Below the pieces are notes generated by a model that was given only the letters and a program-made list of their open reading frames with translations, made no database searches and was not told where the DNA came from. DNA of 64,000 nt, taken from NCBI GenBank assembly GCA_025058735.1, contig JANXDX010000003.1, positions 69,796-133,795 on the forward strand, written 5' to 3'. Shown here piece by piece: positions 59,013 to 64,000 of the stretch. The stretch is from Archaeoglobaceae archaeon. Lineage in GTDB: Archaea; Halobacteriota; Archaeoglobi; Archaeoglobales; Archaeoglobaceae. The translations under genes were made by a program, and so were the position numbers. Position 1 is the stretch's first letter. Each line of letters begins with the position of its first letter.

Positions 59013-59935
59013 AAGTCTTTTTGTACGAACACGGAACTTGCGGTACAGAAATTCCTGAATCTATAGCTGTAGAAGGTCTTGCAATGTTTAAATCACTTTA
59101 TTTTGGTCTTAGAAAGTTTTGCAAAGTTTTATGCTTTGTTCGCAATAGATTTTCATTTTTAAACCTTCCGGTCGCAGATATTTCTTGCTTTGAAAGCTTC
59201 GTTGAAAGTTGTGATGCCTTCTTAATAGTAGCTCCAGAAAACGATTACACCCTACTGAACTTAACAAAGAAGGCTGAGAAGTACAAAAAAATAAATTTAG
59301 GATCGTCAAGCAAAGCTTTGGAGATAACTTCTGACAAATGGAGGCTTTACAAGAGGTTAAAAAGAAAAGTAAACGTTCCAAGAACATCCAAGAAAATTCT
59401 TGATGTAGAATACTTGGTAAAACCAAGGGTTTCTTGTGGAGGAAGTGGTATAAAGCTTTACGGAGAAATTAAAGATGGTTATATAGCTCAAGAATTTATA
59501 AAAGGTTTAAATTTAAGTGTGAGTTTAGCTGTATGTGATGAAATTTTTCCATTGAGTGTAAATGAGCAAGTTTTGGTGAATTTTGAATACTTTGGAGGAG
59601 TAGTTCCCGCTTTGGTCAATGAAGTTGTTAGAAGTGAAGTTTTAGAAGAGGCTTTAAAAGCTGTTGAAGCTGTAAAAGGTTTACATGGCTATGTTGGAGT
59701 AGATCTAGTTTATTCAGATCAACCCTACGTAGTAGAGATAAACGCAAGACCTACAACTTCAGCAGTTGCATTTGAGGAAGTTTACGGTGTAAGTGTTGGA
59801 GAAATAGTTTACAGAAACGAGTTCGATCTGCTAGAACCTCTTCTACCAAAGAAGGTCTGCATGCTGAGAAAAGATTGTTCAGGAAAAATAATTGCAAAAA
59901 TAGATTCGAACTGCATCTCTTTAAGCGAGCTTTAA
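58985..59935 (+). CDS. ATP-grasp enzyme, MfnD-like (tyramine-glutamate ligase family, COG1821-type)
   Basis: N-terminus KVFLYEHGTCG...ESIAVEGLAMFKSL and C-terminal ATP-grasp segments (GYVGVDLV...PYVVEINARPT). Overlaps the NYN gene by 28 nt. Confidence 0.5.
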   Translation: MERRNNRSIKVFLYEHGTCGTEIPESIAVEGLAMFKSLYFGLRKFCKVLCFVRNRFSFLNLPVADISCFESFVESCDAFLIVAPENDYTLLNLTKKAEKYKKINLGSSSKALEITSDKWRLYKRLKRKVNVPRTSKKILDVEYLVKPRVSCGGSGIKLYGEIKDGYIAQEFIKGLNLSVSLAVCDEIFPLSVNEQVLVNFEYFGGVVPALVNEVVRSEVLEEALKAVEAVKGLHGYVGVDLVYSDQPYVVEINARPTTSAVAFEEVYGVSVGEIVYRNEFDLLEPLLPKKVCMLRKDCSGKIIAKIDSNCISLSEL

Positions 59936-61099
59936 AAACCATTTTTTAAAAATCTCGAACTGTTCAAACGTGTTTACAACATCGCAATCCATTGGAGATT
60001 TGAAAAAGAATGCTAGTTCTTTCACAACACCTTTTACACCTTTCATCTTAGCAAAAAGCAAAAATCTTGCCAAATCTAAAACTAAAGGAGCTGCTACTAT
60101 TGCATCTATTGCATCCCAAATAAAGTAGAACTTCATTAGCTTTCCAAGGAATCCCCTAAAGTGTATGAAGTCAAAAGCTGTTTTGTTGTCTGCTAAGCTT
60201 GGAAAGAAATCTATTTCTGTTATACTGTATGGACTGTAGCCCAAAGACTTTTCTAGTACTTTATCCTTACTTAATATTTTGCTTTCCTTGTTTTCCCTTC
60301 TAGACAAAACTTTTCCATCAAGATCACCTAATATGTTGTAACTCATCCATCCAACGATTTCTAGGTTCCTGTAAAGAAACATTGGAGCTAAAGTAGTTTT
60401 AACTAAAGTTTCTCCAGTTTTTCCATCGTTTCCAGCATGTGGTACTTTGTTTTTTTCTGCAAGTTCTTTAAGTGCAGGTATGTTTGATCCTACACTTGGT
60501 GTGAAGTTTGCATATGGAACTTTGTTTTTCAATGCTGCGTAAGCGTAGATCATGCTTGCAGTTGCGTATTCTTTTTTGTTCTCTTCTATCATCCTCTCAA
60601 AACCTTCCAAGTTGCTGTGGTATTCTTCGCTAAAATTCAAAGGTGGTTCGGTAGAAGCTAAATTGATCACAACAGTCTTTTCATCTGCAAAACTTCTTAT
60701 ATCTTTTTCTACAATTTCAACGATCTCCTCAAGACTGAAACCTTTCTGTTCCAAAGTTTCAATTTTTCCCAACTCTAAAATACCAGGACCACAATTTACA
60801 GCTGTCCCAGTTTTAGCAACCACAAGTTCAAGTTCATCTTTAACAGCTTCAAGTATTTCTTTGTCGAAATGCCTGTTCAACTCCCAGTGCTGTTTAGCAG
60901 CTTCGTATGCATTTGGTAAAATTCTTATCTCATGTCCTCCAAAGTCAAATTCAAAAGGAGCATATTTGTCGATCTTTTTGAAAAAAGGTAAAGCTGAAAC
61001 TAGACCATAAGTTGGAACTAGTTCTTTTTCAATTGCTTTAGCTCCAACCATTGCAGTTGTTGAAACGATTCCGTAAGCACCTATGAGCCAAACTTTCAT
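59921..61099 (-). CDS. ino1: myo-Inositol-1-phosphate synthase
   Basis: MKVWLIGAYGIVSTT N-terminus and about 390 aa, matching the short archaeal MIPS. NAD-binding and catalytic-region pattern (GNDGKTGETL). Confidence 0.85.
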   Translation of the reverse strand: MKVWLIGAYGIVSTTAMVGAKAIEKELVPTYGLVSALPFFKKIDKYAPFEFDFGGHEIRILPNAYEAAKQHWELNRHFDKEILEAVKDELELVVAKTGTAVNCGPGILELGKIETLEQKGFSLEEIVEIVEKDIRSFADEKTVVINLASTEPPLNFSEEYHSNLEGFERMIEENKKEYATASMIYAYAALKNKVPYANFTPSVGSNIPALKELAEKNKVPHAGNDGKTGETLVKTTLAPMFLYRNLEIVGWMSYNILGDLDGKVLSRRENKESKILSKDKVLEKSLGYSPYSITEIDFFPSLADNKTAFDFIHFRGFLGKLMKFYFIWDAIDAIVAAPLVLDLARFLLFAKMKGVKGVVKELAFFFKSPMDCDVVNTFEQFEIFKKWFLKLA

Positions 61100-61100
61100 G

Positions 61101-62141
61101 CTAATACCAGTAATCTTTATATGTTTCTAAAGCTTTCGCTACCAAGTTTGCAGCACTATCACAGTCTCTAAGATCAACGACTTCTACTGGGCTGTGTATG
61201 TATCTAGCAGGAACGCTGACAACACCTGCTGGAATTCCTTGCTTAGTTAAACTTATTGCAGAAGCATCTGTAGTTCCACCTTCAGCTACTTCCAGCTGAT
61301 AAGGTATGTTGTACTTTTCCGCAGTCTCTCTTAGCCATTTCAGAACTTTTGGAGTTGTAATTAAGCCTCTTCCTGCCGCATCTATAACAGTTATGGCTGC
61401 ACCTTTTCCGATCCTTATATCCATATGAGCGGATTCGCTTCCAGGAAAATCTGCTGCTGGACAGGTGTCTAAAGCTATAGCCAAGTTAGGATCTAAAGCA
61501 TATGCACAAGTTCTAGCTCCTTTAAGCCCAACTTCTTCTTGAACAGTTGCTACGGCAAAGACAGTTGCATCACTTTCAGTTCTCTTCACAGCTTCTATCA
61601 TAACTGCAACTCCTACTCTGTTGTCGAAAGCTTTTCCAGTTATCCTGTTGTTTGCAAGCATTACAACTTCTCTATCTAAAACTGCAGGACTTCCTACTTC
61701 TATTCCCAACTTTAAGACTTCCTCTTTACTGCTAGCTCCGACGTCTACAAACATATCACTGATCTCTATAGCTTTCTTTCTCTCTTCATCTTTCATCAGA
61801 TGCGGCGGTTTACATCCTATAACTCCATAAATCTTACTTTTGCCGTAAATTACAACTCTTTGCCCCAAAACTATTTGAGAGAAGTGCCCTCCTATAGGTG
61901 TCAATCTTATGAAGCCTTTATCGTCTATATGCTTTACAACAAAACCGATCTCATCTACATGGGCTGCAACCATTATTTTCATCCTTTCGCTTCCATTCTT
62001 TACGCATATCAAGTTTCCAAGTGAATCTGTTTTTATCTCATCAACGTAATTTTCAAGCTCAGCTTTAACAATTTCCTTGACATCTTCTTCATATCCACTT
62101 ACACCCAAAGCGTTGCTGAGCTTTTTTATCAGTTCAAACAT
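61101..62141 (-). CDS. M42 family metallo-aminopeptidase (TET/FrvX-like)
   Basis: ...GVSGYEE..., HVDEIGF, DNRVG and QEEVGLKGA motifs. Confidence 0.85.
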   Translation of the reverse strand: MFELIKKLSNALGVSGYEEDVKEIVKAELENYVDEIKTDSLGNLICVKNGSERMKIMVAAHVDEIGFVVKHIDDKGFIRLTPIGGHFSQIVLGQRVVIYGKSKIYGVIGCKPPHLMKDEERKKAIEISDMFVDVGASSKEEVLKLGIEVGSPAVLDREVVMLANNRITGKAFDNRVGVAVMIEAVKRTESDATVFAVATVQEEVGLKGARTCAYALDPNLAIALDTCPAADFPGSESAHMDIRIGKGAAITVIDAAGRGLITTPKVLKWLRETAEKYNIPYQLEVAEGGTTDASAISLTKQGIPAGVVSVPARYIHSPVEVVDLRDCDSAANLVAKALETYKDYWY

Positions 62142-62149
62142 CTTACCAC

Positions 62150-62692
62150 CTACTCTAAAGCATGTCTATCTTCCATTTCTTTTTCATCGATACTTTTTCT
62201 AACCATAATTTCAGAAACTAGAGCGTCTAAAAAAACCATCGCAGTTATCTCGAATAAAGTTCCAAGTGGAAATATTTTGTCTTTCTTTTCTTTCCACCTC
62301 AACTCTACAACAACGTCTGAAAGACTTGAAAGGGTGGATTCTTTCTTACCTGTAAATGATAAAACTTTAACTCCAAACTCTTTAACTTTTCTAGCATAAT
62401 CTACAGTATAGCTAGTTTCTCCACTTCCAGAAACTGCAACTAATAGATCTTTTTCTTTTATTTTAGGTGTTATTGTTTCTCCAACGACGTAGGTTTTGTA
62501 ACCTAAATGCATCAAACGCATTGCAAAAGCTTTAGCTATGAGACCACTTCTTCCAGATCCAATAACGAAAATTCTTTCTGCAGAATTTATCAAGTTTATA
62601 GCTTTTTCTACCGATTCTAGATCAAGCTCCCTTTTAAACTTTTCTAAGTGCTCAGCCACTTTTTCCATGAATTTTAGTAGAGTGCTCATCAA
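62150..62692 (-). CDS. hxlB: 6-phospho-3-hexuloisomerase (SIS domain)
   Basis: About 180 aa SIS fold with RIFVIGSGRSGLIAKAFAMRL and VSGSGET. Confidence 0.8.
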   Translation of the reverse strand: MMSTLLKFMEKVAEHLEKFKRELDLESVEKAINLINSAERIFVIGSGRSGLIAKAFAMRLMHLGYKTYVVGETITPKIKEKDLLVAVSGSGETSYTVDYARKVKEFGVKVLSFTGKKESTLSSLSDVVVELRWKEKKDKIFPLGTLFEITAMVFLDALVSEIMVRKSIDEKEMEDRHALE

Positions 62693-62717
62693 TTTCCGAA
62701 GGTTTTGAGTATTTAAA

Positions 62718-64000
62718 TTATACCAGTTTTAAACTAAAGAGTACGTTGAAAACTACGTACGCTACGATAAGCATTAAAAGGGAATGCTTTACTCCAGCGG
62801 ATAAACTTCCTTCACCCATGGCTCCTGCAACTAGTCCAGCAAATATCCCTTGAAATACTGCTGCATGCATGAAATAGTTTCTGTACAAGTAAACGTCAAC
62901 CGACGATAGAAATGTAAAAGCTTGACCTGTGGCTTGAACTTTTGCGGCAGCTTCAGCTAGAGTTGAGAGGAACGTTGATGAGATTATGTAAACTATTCCT
63001 ATGAAGACGAAGAAAGCTATGTAAACTATTATAACATATGAAAACATGTTAACTGCTCTTTCTCTGCGAAGAAGTTCGGCGTTGCTGGCATCCTTTGCAG
63101 AGATCATCAGAACTTCCGTAACGTTTCCAGTAGATATCAACGCCTCTCTGAGTAAAGTTATAGTTCTCGTGATCTCGAAAATCCTTAGTCTGTTCGCAAA
63201 CCTAGCAAGTGCATCGGTCAAACTGATCCCCCAGTCCAGATTTCTTTTGATCTTGGCTATTTCTTTCCTTAGTGGGCTTGTGTCTGTTCTTGCAAGCATC
63301 TCTATAGCTCTATGTATAGGTAATCCACTTTCGTTTGCTGAGGCAAGTTTGTTCAAAAATATCGGAGTTAGTCGCATGAACTTCGATGTACTTCTTTTAT
63401 TTAGTTCAAAAAACAACGTAAATGGAGCTAAAATAATTACTAAAGCTATGAATATGTAGTCGTCGATCTTGAAGAACCAAGCTCTCAGATCAAGTTCTAC
63501 TGGATTGATCAAGAGACCGTAAACTATGAACATAACTCCTAAAGGTAAAGATAAAACAAAAGTAGCATATGGATTTTCTATGAGTAATTTGATCGGTCTT
63601 TTTAGTTTCTTTTTAATCTTCCAAATTTTTACAAGCTTTTTTATTTCTTTGACTTCACCTTTTTCACTAACATTACTAACGTTGCTGAAGTAAACAAATC
63701 TCTCCCTTAAAATTGGAGCTTTCCCAAGTTCTCCTGGAGTTAAAAGTTTTATAACTACTGCAAACATGAAAGAGCCTATTGGTATAACCAAATATATAAC
63801 AGACAGTATAGCAACGTCGTTTGAATGCCCTAAAACAGACATAACAGTCAGAATTACGATCAAAAATAGAGGACCAGCTACTAGAGCTGTGATGTATGTT
63901 TCTGCCATCAATCCTAAAAATTCTAAGAACCCCTTCTGATTTTGTCTAGTTTTTTCAAAGTAGAAGTTTGCTCTTTCTTCCAAATACATTGTTACGTCTC
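62718..64000 (-). CDS. FlaJ/TadC-like type IV pilus/archaellum assembly membrane protein (T2SS-F family), probably 5'-truncated by the window edge
   Basis: T2SSF-type cytoplasmic domain (ANESGLPIHRAIEMLA...DWGISLTDAL) is flanked by TM helices. The frame stays open upstream of the ATG at 63989 to the end of the window. Confidence 0.7.
   Translation of the reverse strand, partial: DVTMYLEERANFYFEKTRQNQKGFLEFLGLMAETYITALVAGPLFLIVILTVMSVLGHSNDVAILSVIYLVIPIGSFMFAVVIKLLTPGELGKAPILRERFVYFSNVSNVSEKGEVKEIKKLVKIWKIKKKLKRPIKLLIENPYATFVLSLPLGVMFIVYGLLINPVELDLRAWFFKIDDYIFIALVIILAPFTLFFELNKRSTSKFMRLTPIFLNKLASANESGLPIHRAIEMLARTDTSPLRKEIAKIKRNLDWGISLTDALARFANRLRIFEITRTITLLREALISTGNVTEVLMISAKDASNAELLRRERAVNMFSYVIIVYIAFFVFIGIVYIISSTFLSTLAEAAAKVQATGQAFTFLSSVDVYLYRNYFMHAAVFQGIFAGLVAGAMGEGSLSAGVKHSLLMLIVAYVVFNVLFSLKLV

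Noticed and set aside
1-64000. CRISPR arrays, transposases/integrases, prophage or defence islands, including next to the three tRNA genes
   Set aside because: I found no spaced direct repeats, no recombinase-like ORFs and no compositional islands other than the structural RNA genes. The flanks of the tRNAs carry ordinary housekeeping genes. This was a by-eye scan only, so a repeat finder should confirm it.

Overview
This is a gene-dense, AT-rich archaeal chromosome segment with about 75 genes, short spacers and many 4-8 nt start/stop overlaps. The proteins are rich in K, E and I. The gene content points to a thermophilic euryarchaeon, and I infer that it best fits Archaeoglobi. The evidence is a methanogen-like C1 and cofactor toolkit without mcr: cofG/cofH (F420 chromophore), beta-RFAP synthase (methanopterin), fwdB/fwdD and cdhA/cdhB. 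Alongside these are sdhABCD, a glutaryl-CoA-dehydrogenase-type acyl-CoA dehydrogenase, superoxide reductase, myo-inositol-1-phosphate synthase and a short RNase P RNA. Other housekeeping content includes EF-1alpha/S10, the PolD small subunit, RadB, a RecJ/GAN-like nuclease, a GyrA-like protein, Cdc48, Bud32 and Nep1. It also includes the HMG-CoA synthase/thiolase/DUF35 operon, GGPP synthase, geranylgeranyl reductase with its ferredoxin, potABCD, TatC, LarE and LarC. RNA genes found by eye are tRNA-Arg(UCG), tRNA-Arg(CCG), tRNA-Pro(GGG), RNase P RNA lying under a spurious ORF, and one textbook box C/D sRNA. I saw no CRISPR array, transposase, integrase or recognisable defence island, so this looks like core genome and I cannot point to a clearly novel multi-gene system. 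The items most worth a second look are listed here.
- A double zinc-finger/coiled-coil ORF is translationally coupled to cdc48.
- A 54-nt perfect intragenic repeat lies inside cdc48.
- The orphan GyrA-like gene has a shrunken C-terminal domain.
- A QNG1/DUF2419-like protein occurs in an archaeon.
- The FdhD-like protein has no cysteine loop.
- A DUF63 membrane protein and LarE appear to form an operon.
- Three unrelated radical-SAM genes sit back to back.
- A tRNA ends 6 nt upstream of the RecJ/GAN start codon.
- A 600-bp AT-rich spacer is unexplained.

All functional calls rest on motif recognition by eye, since no searches could be run.
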